In this document: positions 53,322-63,081 of the stretch, one piece after another
How the letters are laid out: each line of letters starts with the position of its first letter
Position numbering within the stretch: the stretch's first letter is position 1
Assembly: GCA_049521495.1 (NCBI GenBank)
Contig: JBEKOT010000002.1
Coordinates: 36,206 to 100,205, forward strand
DNA from: Syntrophorhabdales bacterium
GTDB taxonomy: Bacteria > Desulfobacterota > Syntrophorhabdia > Syntrophorhabdales > WCHB1-27
Direction of reading: 5' to 3'
DNA length: 64,000 nt
Position numbers and translations under genes: made by a program
The notes under the pieces: generated by a model
The model's input: only the letters and a program-made list of their open reading frames with translations
What the model was told of the DNA's origin: nothing
Database searches by the model: none

Positions 53322-54205
53322 AGCGATGCTATGCGGAGAACTGTCTGAGAGAGTCTAGTCTAACTTTGGTTGATGAGATAAATCGGATTCTGTCCGATTA
53401 TGAGAGGCGCGGCTATGTTCTCACCGTCCGACAGGTTTATTACCAACTCGTCACGGCCAACATCATTAAGAACAACGAGAAGGAATACAAGCACGTGTCG
53501 AGGCTGATAAATGAGGCCCGCATGGGCGGACTCATCGATTGGGATATGATCGAAGACCGCACCCGTGACTTCTCCCGCCGCCAACGGTGGGTCTCTCCCA
53601 AAGAGATACTCAGTGCCGCTGCCACCAGTTATCATGAAGACCTGTGGAAGGGCCAGACCTATCGTGTTTTTGTCGTGGTCGAGAAAGACGCACTCAGTGG
53701 AGTTCTCGAACCGGCATGTGAGGAACTGGATATCCCTCTGCTGGCGGCTAGAGGGTACGCAAGCACCAGCGTCCTCCATGGATTCGCAGAGGACGATCTT
53801 GTTCCCGCAATAGTGTGTGGTCAGACGCCCGTTGTTCTCTACCTCGGAGACCACGACCCAAGCGGGATCGACATGACACGGGACATATGTGATCGGTTGG
53901 CTACTTTTACAGGTCAGGATGTTCTTGTCCATCGGATCGCGCTCAACATGGATCAAATTAAGGAGATGAACCCGCCCGAGAACCCGGCTAAGACGACGGA
54001 CCGGCGTTTTATGGCCTACATGAGGACGTATGGGACTTCCTCGTGGGAACTCGACGCGTTGGACCCCGACTACCTGGATCGGCTCGTCCGAGATTGTGCG
54101 GAAGAGTATATCGACCATGTATTGTGGAATGAGCGGAAGGCCGCAATAGAAATGACCCGGCAGGGTCTGTGGGAGATCGTGAACGAACGCGGTGGCATAC
54201 GGTGA
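53318..54205 (+). CDS. Topoisomerase-VI-A/Spo11-like protein (5Y-CAP + Toprim; Mini-A-like)
   Basis: ATG 53318 (ATGA overlap). LTVRQVYYQLV (RxxYY catalytic-Tyr-type motif), VFVVVEKDA (Toprim Glu), LYLGDHDPSGIDM (DxD). Confidence 0.65.
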   Translation: MKRCYAENCLRESSLTLVDEINRILSDYERRGYVLTVRQVYYQLVTANIIKNNEKEYKHVSRLINEARMGGLIDWDMIEDRTRDFSRRQRWVSPKEILSAAATSYHEDLWKGQTYRVFVVVEKDALSGVLEPACEELDIPLLAARGYASTSVLHGFAEDDLVPAIVCGQTPVVLYLGDHDPSGIDMTRDICDRLATFTGQDVLVHRIALNMDQIKEMNPPENPAKTTDRRFMAYMRTYGTSSWELDALDPDYLDRLVRDCAEEYIDHVLWNERKAAIEMTRQGLWEIVNERGGIR

Positions 54206-54660
54206 TCCTCTACACCCTCCAAACACCGGGCGTTGACATCACACGTCCACCCGTGAAAATTCCAGAGTCATACTGGCGGGAAGGCGAACCCTATTACGAC
54301 ATGGCGAGGTATCTCCAATGGGATCATTGGATATGGTGTCTCAGACACATTGATGATTTAGAGAACGAGTGGCTGTCCTTTGAAAAGCTGTTGCCTATAA
54401 CCCTCTGGACCCTCGACGTCCCCGAAACTCTTGTGAGATGGTGTTCTCTTGATAGGCAGTGTCAGAACACTGTTCCCATAGATAAGTGGTTCTACAACAG
54501 CGAAGGCGCGATCAGGGACCTAGGTGAGATACCAATGGGTCTTGTGGTCAGCCCTATCTCGCGCCGATATGTGACAGGTCAAACGATGAGAGATGCGTCC
54601 TGCCTGCGTGCGGAACCTGTCAACCGTCGGCGAGTGGCGGGTACCAGTGAAACAAAATGA
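54202..54660 (+). CDS. hypothetical protein
   Basis: ORF only; GTG 54202 overlaps the previous stop (GTGA). The tracked ORF starts at 54169. Confidence 0.4.
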   Translation: MILYTLQTPGVDITRPPVKIPESYWREGEPYYDMARYLQWDHWIWCLRHIDDLENEWLSFEKLLPITLWTLDVPETLVRWCSLDRQCQNTVPIDKWFYNSEGAIRDLGEIPMGLVVSPISRRYVTGQTMRDASCLRAEPVNRRRVAGTSETK

Positions 54661-54765
54661 CGGACATAATTTAGGCATAAAGCCTAAAATGGCTATAAAC
54701 AACGCCATGTTACGAAGGTACATTGGATATGACATCCAGTGCGGGCATAAGGCAGACATAAGGAA

Positions 54766-55005
54766 ATGAGTAGAGCGCAGAAGGTCATCGAGTACAAGAA
54801 GGCCCGGAAGAATCCGGGGGGATCCGCCAAGAGACTCTACAGCGTACCCGAGGCGGCTTTCTACCTGGGGCGCACTGTTGACGCTCTACGTGAAATCATA
54901 TGGGCCGGGAAGCTGCCCTATGTGAAGGACGGGCGGCGCGTACTTGTCGACGTGAAAGACATGGACGAATTTATTGAAAGAAACAAGATGCGGTTTACCT
55001 ATTAA
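54766..55005 (+). CDS. excisionase-family HTH DNA-binding protein
   Basis: 79 aa; LYSVPEAAFYLGRTVDALREIIWAGKLPYVKDGRRVLVDVKDMDEFI. Confidence 0.75.
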   Translation: MSRAQKVIEYKKARKNPGGSAKRLYSVPEAAFYLGRTVDALREIIWAGKLPYVKDGRRVLVDVKDMDEFIERNKMRFTY

Positions 55006-55101
55006 GACAGAAACCGGCTTCAACTTGGAGGGTCCTGTAAACGGGAGGGTCTTGTCTCATATCTCTTTTCCCGATTGTGGAAAGAATTCTCTTGACAACC
55101 A

Positions 55102-55335
55102 ATGGTTATCATATATAATAGTAGTATGACGCCAGAAGAACTCAAAACATGGCGTAAACAGGAAGGATACACGCAACAGAGGCTTGCTGATGCCCTGGGC
55201 GTTACCAAGGTCACGGTGGGCCGATGGGAAACGGGTGTCAGACATATTCCGTCATTCCTTGCTCTTACCCTTAGAGCACTGGAGCTGGAGGGGGGTGAAA
55301 TATCGAAAGGGACAGGAAAAAGGAAAAGGAGGTAA
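55102..55335 (+). CDS. XRE-family HTH protein
   Basis: [37 protein letters not shown] (likely start at ATG 55126). Confidence 0.75.
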   Translation: MVIIYNSSMTPEELKTWRKQEGYTQQRLADALGVTKVTVGRWETGVRHIPSFLALTLRALELEGGEISKGTGKRKRR

Positions 55336-56444
55336 TGGTCATGGGTAGTATCTTCAAGCAACGCAACAAGCAGACGGGCTGGGAAGGCGACACGTGGTAC
55401 ATTAAGTATTACCGGAACGGGAAGCCATACGTTGAATCCTCGAAATCGAAAAAGAAGGGCGATGCCGAACGGCTGCTCAAGCTGAGAGAGGGACAGATCG
55501 TGGAAGGGAAGTTTCACGGTCTACAGGCCGAGAAGACCCGCTTCGAGGACTTGAAGAAAGACCTTCTGTCCGACTACGAAGTCAACGGCAAGAAATCAAA
55601 ATGGCGGGTAGAGATAAGCATTGCTCACCTTGAGAAGCACTTCGGTGATATGCGAGTGAACGAGATCACCTCGACGCACATCGGGGATTACATCGAGGCT
55701 CGCAGGAAGGAAAAGGCATCGAACGGAACCATCAACAGGGAATTGTCGGCGCTTAAGAGAATGTTTTCGCTGGGGGAAACTGCTACACCGCCCAAGGTCT
55801 TGCACACCCCGCACATACCCAAGCTCAAAGAGAACAACTTTAGAACCGGCTATTTCGAGTACGAAGAGTATGTCAGGCTCAGAGACGAACTTCCCGACTA
55901 TCTCAAGCCGGTACTGACAATGGGCTATTTCACTGGCATGCGGAAGGGCGAGATACTCTCTCTGACGTGGAAGCAGACCAATATCTTTGAGCGGAAGATT
56001 ACCCTTGAGGCAGGAACCACGAAGAATGACGAGGCCCGCGTTATCTACCTTAGCGGGGAACTGTACGATGTCATCTTGGACCAGAAGAAGCTAAGGGACG
56101 CAAAGTATCCCAAGTGTCACCATGTGTTCTTCAGGGGTGGCGAGCCTATCAAGGACTTCCGTGAAGCATGGGACGGTGCATGCACCAGGGCCGAACTCGA
56201 AGACAGACTCTTCCACGATTGCAGGCGGACGGCAGTAAGAAACATGGTGAGAACGGGCACACCGGAACGGGTAGCCATGAAGATCAGTGGACACAAGACC
56301 CGTGCTGTCTTCGACCGGTACAACATCGTGAATGAGGAAGACATAAAGTCAGCTTGTGACCGGCTCGCAAATGCCCACAAACAGATTGAAGAAACCCTCG
56401 ACGGACATAATACGGACATAATCAAGCTAAAGAAGCGCGGTTAA
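55335..56444 (+). CDS. tyrosine-type site-specific integrase
   Basis: 369 aa; [13 protein letters not shown] (Arg I), [11 protein letters not shown] (HxxR), [14 protein letters not shown] (catalytic Tyr). Adjacent to the tRNA. Confidence 0.9.
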   Translation: MVMGSIFKQRNKQTGWEGDTWYIKYYRNGKPYVESSKSKKKGDAERLLKLREGQIVEGKFHGLQAEKTRFEDLKKDLLSDYEVNGKKSKWRVEISIAHLEKHFGDMRVNEITSTHIGDYIEARRKEKASNGTINRELSALKRMFSLGETATPPKVLHTPHIPKLKENNFRTGYFEYEEYVRLRDELPDYLKPVLTMGYFTGMRKGEILSLTWKQTNIFERKITLEAGTTKNDEARVIYLSGELYDVILDQKKLRDAKYPKCHHVFFRGGEPIKDFREAWDGACTRAELEDRLFHDCRRTAVRNMVRTGTPERVAMKISGHKTRAVFDRYNIVNEEDIKSACDRLANAHKQIEETLDGHNTDIIKLKKRG

Positions 56445-56485
56445 CATGATGCAGGAAGATCGGAAAGCCTTGATAATAGCGAGAA

Positions 56486-56567
56486 TGCGAGAGAGGGGAC
56501 TTGAACCCCTATGGTGTAACCCGCTGGATCCTAAGTCCAGTGCGTCTGCCAGTTCCGCCACTCTCGC
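56486..56567 (-). tRNA. tRNA-Leu (anticodon UAG), type II with long variable arm, no encoded CCA
   Basis: The reverse complement folds by hand: acceptor GCGAGAG/CTCTCGC, D-stem GCG/CGC, anticodon stem CTGGA/TCCAG with loop CT-TAG-GA, 13-nt variable arm, T-arm AGGGG-TTCAAGT-CCCCT, discriminator A. Confidence 0.9.
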
Positions 56568-56621
56568 ATGCCTTATTTTATGCGGTTTCATGTTAGGTGT
56601 CAAACCCGGTTCCCGCGCCTG

Positions 56622-58316
56622 ATGGCGACGAAGCGTCTGTCGCGCATCACCAGGGAACAGCTCGTCGAGGCGCTCGAGATACAGAAGGAGGAAGGGGGGA
56701 AGCTGGGACAGATACTCGTCAAAATGGGCCTTCTGTCCGAAGAGGAGATCCTGAAGGCGCTGTCCGTCAAGCTTGGCATCCCCCTGGTCGACCTCACCAC
56801 TACCGAGATAGACGAGAGCGTCATAAAGATGGTCCCCCTCGTCATGGTGCGGCGCTTTAACATTATCCCAATAAGCAGGAAGGGCAACTGCCTCTCTCTG
56901 GCGATAGCCGACCCCACCCGCATTTCGGATACAAAGGCGATCAAGCTCCTGACGGGCTGCGAGATACAGCCTTTTCTCACGAGCGAGTCACAGATCGAGG
57001 AGGCCATAGGCCGGCACTACGAAGCGCCCCACACGGTAGATATGAAGCAGTTCATGTCGGACTTCGACATAAGCATGGAAAACATGCTTGAGGTCGTGCA
57101 GGACGATGAGAAAGACGATGTGGCGACGCTGGAGGCCGACTCCAGGCAGCCGCCGGTGGTGAGGCTGGTCAACCACTGCTTCATCGAGGCGATAAGGGCG
57201 GGTGCGAGCGACATACACATAGAGCCTTACGAAAGCGTGCTCAGAGTGCGCTTCAGGATAGACGGGGTCCTCTTCGAAATCTTAAAAGTTCCTGTCAAGC
57301 TTAAGGATGGAGTCATATCGAGGCTGAAGGTACTGTCCAAGATGGACATCGCCGAGAAGCGCACTCCCCAGGACGGGAGGATAAAGCTCCAGGTAAACGT
57401 TGACGGCCGGGTGCGCAGCCTCGACGTGCGCGTCTCCACGACGCCCACGCTCTTCGGCGAGAAGATCGTTATGCGCCTCCTCGACAAGGAAGGCCTGATG
57501 CTCGATATGAGCCGTCTCGGTTTCGAGCAGGACAGCCTCAAAAGGTTCGAAGAGGCTATTTTCAGACCCTGGGGCATGGTGCTCGTCACGGGCCCCACGG
57601 GCTCGGGGAAGACCAATACCCTCTACAGCGCGATCAGCCGTCTCAACACGCCCGTCTCCAACATCATGACCGTCGAAGACCCTGTCGAATTCAACATCTA
57701 CGGCATCAATCAGGTGCAGGTCCACGAATCGATCGACCTGACCTTCGCGTCGGTCCTGCGCTCGTTCTTGAGGCAGGACCCGAACATCATACTCGTAGGG
57801 GAAATCCGCGACAACGAAACCGCATCGATTGCCGTAAAGGCGTCTCTCACCGGCCACCTCGTGCTCTCTACCCTCCACACGAACGACGCGCCTTCGGCAG
57901 TCAGCCGGCTTGTAGATATGGACATAGACCCCTACCTGGTTGCCACCTCGGTGATCCTCGTCGCCGCCCAGCGCCTGGTGAGAAGGATTTGCACTCACTG
58001 CAAGGAAAAGGTGGAGCTGCCCCGCAAGGCGCTCATCAACCTGGGCTTTACGGAGGAAGAGGCCGACACGACGGAGATCTACGCGGGGAGGGGATGCGGC
58101 AAGTGCAACAACACGGGCTACAAGGGGCGCATCGGGCTCTATGAGGTGATGCCCGTTTCTTCCACCATCAGAGACCTCATATTCGCAAACGCGTCCACAG
58201 CGGAAATCAGGAAGAAAGGCATCGAGGAAGGCATGATAACCTTGCGCCGAAGCGGCCTTTACAAGATCAAGGGCGGGATAACGACCATAGAAGAGGTATT
58301 CAGGGAAACCTTCTAA
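56622..58316 (+). CDS. type II secretion / type IV pilus assembly ATPase (GspE/PilB family) with MshEN-type N-terminal domain
   Basis: Start at ATG 56622; the tracked upstream extension abuts the tRNA. LGQILVKMGLLSEEEILKALSVKLGIP, Walker A GPTGSGKTNT, LRQDPNIILVGEIRD, tetra-Cys CTHCKE...CGKCNNTGYKGR. Confidence 0.9.
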   Translation: MATKRLSRITREQLVEALEIQKEEGGKLGQILVKMGLLSEEEILKALSVKLGIPLVDLTTTEIDESVIKMVPLVMVRRFNIIPISRKGNCLSLAIADPTRISDTKAIKLLTGCEIQPFLTSESQIEEAIGRHYEAPHTVDMKQFMSDFDISMENMLEVVQDDEKDDVATLEADSRQPPVVRLVNHCFIEAIRAGASDIHIEPYESVLRVRFRIDGVLFEILKVPVKLKDGVISRLKVLSKMDIAEKRTPQDGRIKLQVNVDGRVRSLDVRVSTTPTLFGEKIVMRLLDKEGLMLDMSRLGFEQDSLKRFEEAIFRPWGMVLVTGPTGSGKTNTLYSAISRLNTPVSNIMTVEDPVEFNIYGINQVQVHESIDLTFASVLRSFLRQDPNIILVGEIRDNETASIAVKASLTGHLVLSTLHTNDAPSAVSRLVDMDIDPYLVATSVILVAAQRLVRRICTHCKEKVELPRKALINLGFTEEEADTTEIYAGRGCGKCNNTGYKGRIGLYEVMPVSSTIRDLIFANASTAEIRKKGIEEGMITLRRSGLYKIKGGITTIEEVFRETF

Positions 58317-58412
58317 AGAAACGGAACGACACATAATTTGCCCGCTTTATTCCCTGCCGCTGGTTGACAATAAATGTAGTCGGCACCATGTTATGAGCTA
58401 AGGAGGACGAAC

Positions 58413-59471
58413 ATGGGCCAACTGCCAATCTTCATAAATCCCATTGAAGACCCAGATTGGGATCGGTTCGTAGGAAGCCATCGACTCGGTGCCATATACC
58501 ATCACTCCTCATGGCTGAAGGTGCTTCGTTTCAGCTATCCTCAACTCTCCCTTGCCGCCTTTGTCGTCAAGGGCCCGGACGGTCGTATACGTTCCGCCCT
58601 GCCGTTCTGTATCGTCAAGAACAGGAGAAAGGCGATATCGATGCCTTTTACACCCTATTGCGACCCGTTAATAGAGAGAAGGGAGGATGCGGACTTGCTC
58701 TTCGGCGCCGTCGCCGGATTAGTCGACGCCAATATCGTTTCTTCTTACGAGTTGCGCTCTCTGCACGCGCATGACTTCACGAGGACAGGGCTTGTAAAGG
58801 CAGATTACCGTCACAAAACTAATGTTCTCAGTCTCGACGGGGGAATTCAGAAGGTGAGGAAGTCGTTCCACAGGACCTGTGTCAGCCAACCCATAAAAAA
58901 AGCGATAAAGCTCGGGGTAGTCATACGGGAAGCCTCATCGGAAGCAGACCTGAAAGTGTTTGTTCTGTTGCACGCAAGAACGAGGAAGCGGCTCGGCCTT
59001 CCCATCCAGCCTATTTCCTTCTTCAGCAACATGTGGCGCTTTATGCACCCGGAGCGGCTGACGCTTCATATCGCAGAATACAGGGAGAAGCCTATCGGCT
59101 CGTTTCTCACCCTCAACTACAAGGAGACCGTGTGGCTCGAATACATCGGCTACGACATACGCGAGGTGCTCGTCCATCCCAATCATCTTCTCTATTTCAG
59201 GGCTATAGAAAAAGCTTGTAACGAGGGATTTTCTTTCGTCGACTTCGGAAGGACGTCTACAGGCAACGAATCGCTCCTCCGGTTCAAGAGGAGATGGGGA
59301 ACAGAAGAGAATGACATTTCCTATCTCTATTACCCTGCCGTCCCGAAAAGCAGCTCCGTCAACGACGGTAAGCTGACAAGAAAACTGTTCAGCTTCATAA
59401 ACCGCACCCTTCCTTTCCCCATTGCCCGAGAGGCCGGAAAAGTGATTTATCGATATATAGGCGTCGGGTAG
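58413..59471 (+). CDS. FemAB-family / BioF2-like acyltransferase-domain protein
   Basis: 352 aa; N-terminal DWDRFV...IYHHSSWLKVL and C-terminal FVDFGRTSTGNESLLRFKRRWG, typical of FemAB-like (peptidoglycan/EPS-associated) GNAT-fold proteins. Confidence 0.65.
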   Translation: MGQLPIFINPIEDPDWDRFVGSHRLGAIYHHSSWLKVLRFSYPQLSLAAFVVKGPDGRIRSALPFCIVKNRRKAISMPFTPYCDPLIERREDADLLFGAVAGLVDANIVSSYELRSLHAHDFTRTGLVKADYRHKTNVLSLDGGIQKVRKSFHRTCVSQPIKKAIKLGVVIREASSEADLKVFVLLHARTRKRLGLPIQPISFFSNMWRFMHPERLTLHIAEYREKPIGSFLTLNYKETVWLEYIGYDIREVLVHPNHLLYFRAIEKACNEGFSFVDFGRTSTGNESLLRFKRRWGTEENDISYLYYPAVPKSSSVNDGKLTRKLFSFINRTLPFPIAREAGKVIYRYIGVG

Positions 59472-59478
59472 GGACGAC

Positions 59479-60285
59479 CTATCCCTCGGCAGCCGTGCGG
59501 GCAGGCCCGTTCACCGACGCATGTTCTCCTTTCGGCCGCTGCCAGCCTGCCTCCAGACTTTCGCACTCCCCCCTGCTTAGCGGGCTAAAGGACAGTCGGC
59601 GCCGGAACGCACGCCATATTGCCCTTTTTTTCAGGTAGGGTTGAAAGCCGCACGCCAGGCAGCCGCGAATCGACGGGAGGTTCGATTCCTCGACCCAGGT
59701 GATGGCCCAGCGGGCGCCCGTTGTTCTCGCTTTTGCCGCGACCTGTGCCATCGCGCAGACCATGATACCTTTACCCCGGTGACGCTCCGGTACAAATGCC
59801 CCTTCCAGCAGTACCTCGTCCCGAGCCAGGGATGGAAAATACCCGTTGTAATGGGTGGTCAGCCTGTCGTTTTTGTCAGGCGAGATGAGCCATTGAAGGA
59901 AGCATGGAGAGCCGTCGGACGTTACGGCAACGTAGACCGCCGAAGGGATGCCCGCCTCTATCGTATGGATTCTCGACAAGCGGTCAATTACCGACTTCGT
60001 CAGGTCTTGCCCCATATCGTCGAGGGCAAGAAGCGCCATATCACTCCTCTCGAAGTGTCTGAGGGTAATCGGGACACTGGCGGACCGCGTTTTTACGGGG
60101 AGGCTCAAGTCCGCGCGAAAACCGTAGCTCGTCTCCTCAGACCAGAGTTCTCTTCCGACCTCTTCGACGAGGGCGCCGACATGTCCGCGGGAAAGAAGGT
60201 AAAACCCTGCTTTGATCTTCTGAAAAGGATTTTCCATTTCACCCCCTCCGCTGAGTATACCGGCCTGTCCCGGCATAAGCATCAA
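59479..60285 (-). CDS. GNAT-family acetyltransferase-like protein
   Basis: C-terminal FVPERHRGKGIMVCAMAQVAAKA...ITWVEESNLPSIRGCLACGF; start uncertain. Confidence 0.55.
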   Translation of the reverse strand: MMLMPGQAGILSGGGEMENPFQKIKAGFYLLSRGHVGALVEEVGRELWSEETSYGFRADLSLPVKTRSASVPITLRHFERSDMALLALDDMGQDLTKSVIDRLSRIHTIEAGIPSAVYVAVTSDGSPCFLQWLISPDKNDRLTTHYNGYFPSLARDEVLLEGAFVPERHRGKGIMVCAMAQVAAKARTTGARWAITWVEESNLPSIRGCLACGFQPYLKKRAIWRAFRRRLSFSPLSRGECESLEAGWQRPKGEHASVNGPARTAAEG

Positions 60286-60290
60286 AGTTT

Positions 60291-60926
60291 TTATTTTCTT
60301 GCTTTGACGATATAGCCCAACGGAAACCCGGTGCTTGCAAAACCGATCCTCGCGATGAGCGGGTTCAAGATATTAAGAACGACCCTGGTAGCCCTGTAAT
60401 CATTATTGACCATATGCCAAGCTGCTTGAACGGCGTTGCCGTGCGGCTCTATGTATACGTACGAAAAGTCGGAGCAGAGGACCTTAAGGGAGTCGGGCGT
60501 GTACCTGTAGTAATCGTGGGGGTCGGGGTGATAGCGATAGATGAAACGCGTAGAGGCGACCAGCGTGCCTCCGGGCTTGAGCACCCTGTAAATCTCCCGG
60601 ACGGCCCTTTGCGGCTCGTAGAGATGCTCCAATACCTCCAGTGCAATGACCGCATCGAAATAATTGGATACTACCGAAATATCGTGGAGGTCGCAGCAGA
60701 CATCGGGTTTTGTTTCCGGGCAGATATCGAGCGTTACGTAGTCGGTGCAGTTTATTAACCGCCTGTACGGTGAATCCTTCGCGCCCACGTCAAGAAGCCG
60801 TCCGACCTCCAGGGAAGAAAGGATGGGCGCGAGGCGGAGCATGAGACCCGTCCTGACGACGGAGGGGATCTTCAAGGTAGGACAGGCATCGAATACTCTT
60901 TTTAACCGCTGCCGCCTGTCGTCCAT
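60291..60926 (-). CDS. class I SAM-dependent methyltransferase
   Basis: 211 aa; LLDVGAKDSPY (motif I-like), VIALEVLEHLYEPQRAVREIYRVLKPGGTLV. Confidence 0.8.
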   Translation of the reverse strand: MDDRRQRLKRVFDACPTLKIPSVVRTGLMLRLAPILSSLEVGRLLDVGAKDSPYRRLINCTDYVTLDICPETKPDVCCDLHDISVVSNYFDAVIALEVLEHLYEPQRAVREIYRVLKPGGTLVASTRFIYRYHPDPHDYYRYTPDSLKVLCSDFSYVYIEPHGNAVQAAWHMVNNDYRATRVVLNILNPLIARIGFASTGFPLGYIVKARK

Positions 60927-61301
60927 CGGGCCTGCTTACTCCTATCTACCCGACCCTGTGAGGGAGACATTGACCATCGGCGAATGTCACGGGCCCCGTT
61001 CCCCAGGTGTTGTCCTTCATGATCGTTATGGGCTAAGAAGAGGCGCCGCCCCGTACCAGTCGGAGCTTATGGTGCTCTTGCCATGAAAAACGCGATCGAA
61101 GAGCGCCCCGCCTGCCCCTTATGGATCAATCTGTGCACGGAACATTTGTTTGTCAACCGGCAGTTACAGGGGTTTGCGCCTATGGACAGGGGCAACTCCC
61201 GGGCGGACCCGGTACGGGGCCCGGGCAGCGTCCTTTCATGCCCGCCTGCCCGGGGGTGCCGGCCAAATTAACCCGGCCGCATGCCCAGGTCCAGTAATCG
61301 C

Positions 61302-61330
61302 TTGACAAGAAGGCCCCAAATCCTTATATT
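61302..61330 (+). promoter_or_regulatory. sigma70-type promoter for yceD-rpmF-plsX
   Basis: TTGACA (61302-07), 17-bp spacer, TATATT (61325-30), 27 nt upstream of the yceD-like ATG. Confidence 0.6.
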
Positions 61331-61356
61331 GTTAGACTCTAAATGGGAAACAATCA

Positions 61357-61878
61357 ATGATTATCAAACTTTACGATATACGGGAGAGCCTGTCGGTAAA
61401 GGGATCGTTCGACGGCGCCAAGTTCAAGAGGCCCGAGGACAGCGATATCTCCTTTCTGTCGCCTGTCGAATACGAGATCACCGTCCAGAAGGCGGGGGAG
61501 AGCGTGTGGCTCCGGGGCCCGGTGCGGGGCAGGCTCTCGCTGGCCTGCTCCCGCTGCCTCGATCAGTTTGCTTATTCAGTCTCATCGAGACTCGACATAG
61601 AGCTTCTTCCCAGGGAAAAGGCGCCCGCCTCCCCCGAAGTCGAGCTCAAGACGGAGGAGACGAACGTCTACTATTTCGAAGGCGAAGAGATAGACATCGA
61701 CCCCTACGTGTTCGAGGAGGTCATGCTCAACATGCCCATAAAGCCCCTCTGCTCCGAAGCGTGCAAGGGCATATGCCCGACCTGCGGGAAAAACCTGAAC
61801 GTCGAGGAATGCCGCTGCCAGAAAATGGGCACAACGGCCTTGGGAGAAAAGCTGAGACCATTTCTTAAAGACCTGTAA
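61357..61878 (+). CDS. yceD: YceD/DUF177 family protein (large-subunit rRNA accumulation protein)
   Basis: 173 aa; CSRCLDQF ... [17 protein letters not shown]; conserved position upstream of rpmF. Confidence 0.85.
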   Translation: MIIKLYDIRESLSVKGSFDGAKFKRPEDSDISFLSPVEYEITVQKAGESVWLRGPVRGRLSLACSRCLDQFAYSVSSRLDIELLPREKAPASPEVELKTEETNVYYFEGEEIDIDPYVFEEVMLNMPIKPLCSEACKGICPTCGKNLNVEECRCQKMGTTALGEKLRPFLKDL

Positions 61879-61888
61879 GGAGAAGACA

Positions 61889-62071
61889 ATGCCTGTCCCA
61901 AAAAGGAAGACATCGAAGTCGAGGAGAGATAAGAGGAGGACACACTATAAACTGTCATCTCCAGGCGTGATCCTCTGTCCGAACTGCAAGGAGCCGACCC
62001 TGGCCCACCGCGTATGCGCTAAATGCGGCACTTACAAGGGCAAGAAGTACCTCACCGTCGAAGAACTCTAG
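61889..62071 (+). CDS. rpmF: 50S ribosomal protein L32
   Basis: 60 aa; [19 protein letters not shown]...CPNCKEP...[13 protein letters not shown]. Confidence 0.95.
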   Translation: MPVPKRKTSKSRRDKRRTHYKLSSPGVILCPNCKEPTLAHRVCAKCGTYKGKKYLTVEEL

Positions 62072-62076
62072 CACAT

Positions 62077-63081
62077 ATGGTGAGAATAGCAATCGATGCC
62101 ATGGGCGGGGACCATGCGCCCATCGCAGTTGTGAGAGGCGCTGAAGCGGCGAGTGCGGAAGGGGCCGGGGAACTCGTCCTCGTAGGCGATGAGGGTAAGA
62201 TCGGGCCGCTTCTCACGAGGAGGTCCGGCATAGAAATCGTCCACGCCCCCTCAGTCGTCGAGATGAAGGAATCACCGTCCACGGCGCTGCGGCGGAAGAG
62301 GGATTCTTCCATCAGCAAGGCCTTTAGCCTGCTGAAAGAGGGCGACGTGCAGGCTGTGGTCTCGGCCGGTAATTCCGGTGCTGCCCTGGCCTTCGCCATC
62401 TTCACGCTGGGACGCATACCCGGCGTCGAAAGGCCGGCTATCCTGACCATACACCCGAACGTTAAAGGCACAAAATCGATACTCCTCGATGCGGGCGGGA
62501 CAGTAGACTGCCGGCCGTCGCACCTTGTCCAGTTCGCGATAATGGGCAGCGTGTTCGCCAGGCATGTCCTTGGCGTAGAGGCGCCGAGGGTAGGGATCTT
62601 GAGCAACGGGGAGGAGGAAACAAAGGGAAACGAGCTCACCCGCGAGACCCATGCGCTCCTTTTAAACGCCGGTCTCAACTATACGGGCTATGTAGAAGGG
62701 ACGGACCTGTACAACGGGATGGCGGACGTGGTGGTCACGGACGGCTTTGTGGGCAACGTAGTCCTGAAGGTGAGCGAAGGCATGGCCGAGGCTATCGTAG
62801 GCATCCTGAAAGAGAAGATAGCCCGGAGCACAAGGGCGAAAATCGGCTATAAGCTCATGGCCGGTGTTTTCAAGACCCTTTTCCGGATGGTAGACTATTC
62901 CGAATACGGGGGCGCCCCGCTGGTCGGCGTCGACGGGGTCTGCGTCATCTGTCACGGTAAGTCGAACGAGCGGGCGATCAAGAACGCAATCATGCAGGCA
63001 AAGGGCTTTGTCGGAAAGAACGTGAACGGGCATATAAAAGACGCTATGGCAGTGTCACTTGCGAGGAACAAGGAGAGCTGA
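62077..63081 (+). CDS. plsX: phosphate acyltransferase PlsX
   Basis: Start at ATG 62077 (MVRIAIDAMGGDHAP); SAGNSGA, TDGFVGNV, GAPLVGVDGVCVICHG. Confidence 0.95.
   Translation: MVRIAIDAMGGDHAPIAVVRGAEAASAEGAGELVLVGDEGKIGPLLTRRSGIEIVHAPSVVEMKESPSTALRRKRDSSISKAFSLLKEGDVQAVVSAGNSGAALAFAIFTLGRIPGVERPAILTIHPNVKGTKSILLDAGGTVDCRPSHLVQFAIMGSVFARHVLGVEAPRVGILSNGEEETKGNELTRETHALLLNAGLNYTGYVEGTDLYNGMADVVVTDGFVGNVVLKVSEGMAEAIVGILKEKIARSTRAKIGYKLMAGVFKTLFRMVDYSEYGGAPLVGVDGVCVICHGKSNERAIKNAIMQAKGFVGKNVNGHIKDAMAVSLARNKES

Larger units (their letters stand above)
48629..56485. mobile_element. integrative element at tRNA-Leu (integrase, excisionase, replication module, repressor); left boundary not determined
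   Basis: A tyrosine integrase gene ends 41 nt from the tRNA-Leu 3' end. Co-directional tightly overlapping genes span 50147-56444, with a divergent CI-like repressor. No att direct repeat could be found by eye. Confidence 0.5.

Noticed and set aside
57282-58334. 350-aa minus-strand ORF, plus 53360..54226 (288 aa) and 24911..25342
   Set aside because: They are antisense to the well-supported PilB/GspE ATPase, the Topo-VI-A-like gene and istB respectively, and carry no recognisable motifs.
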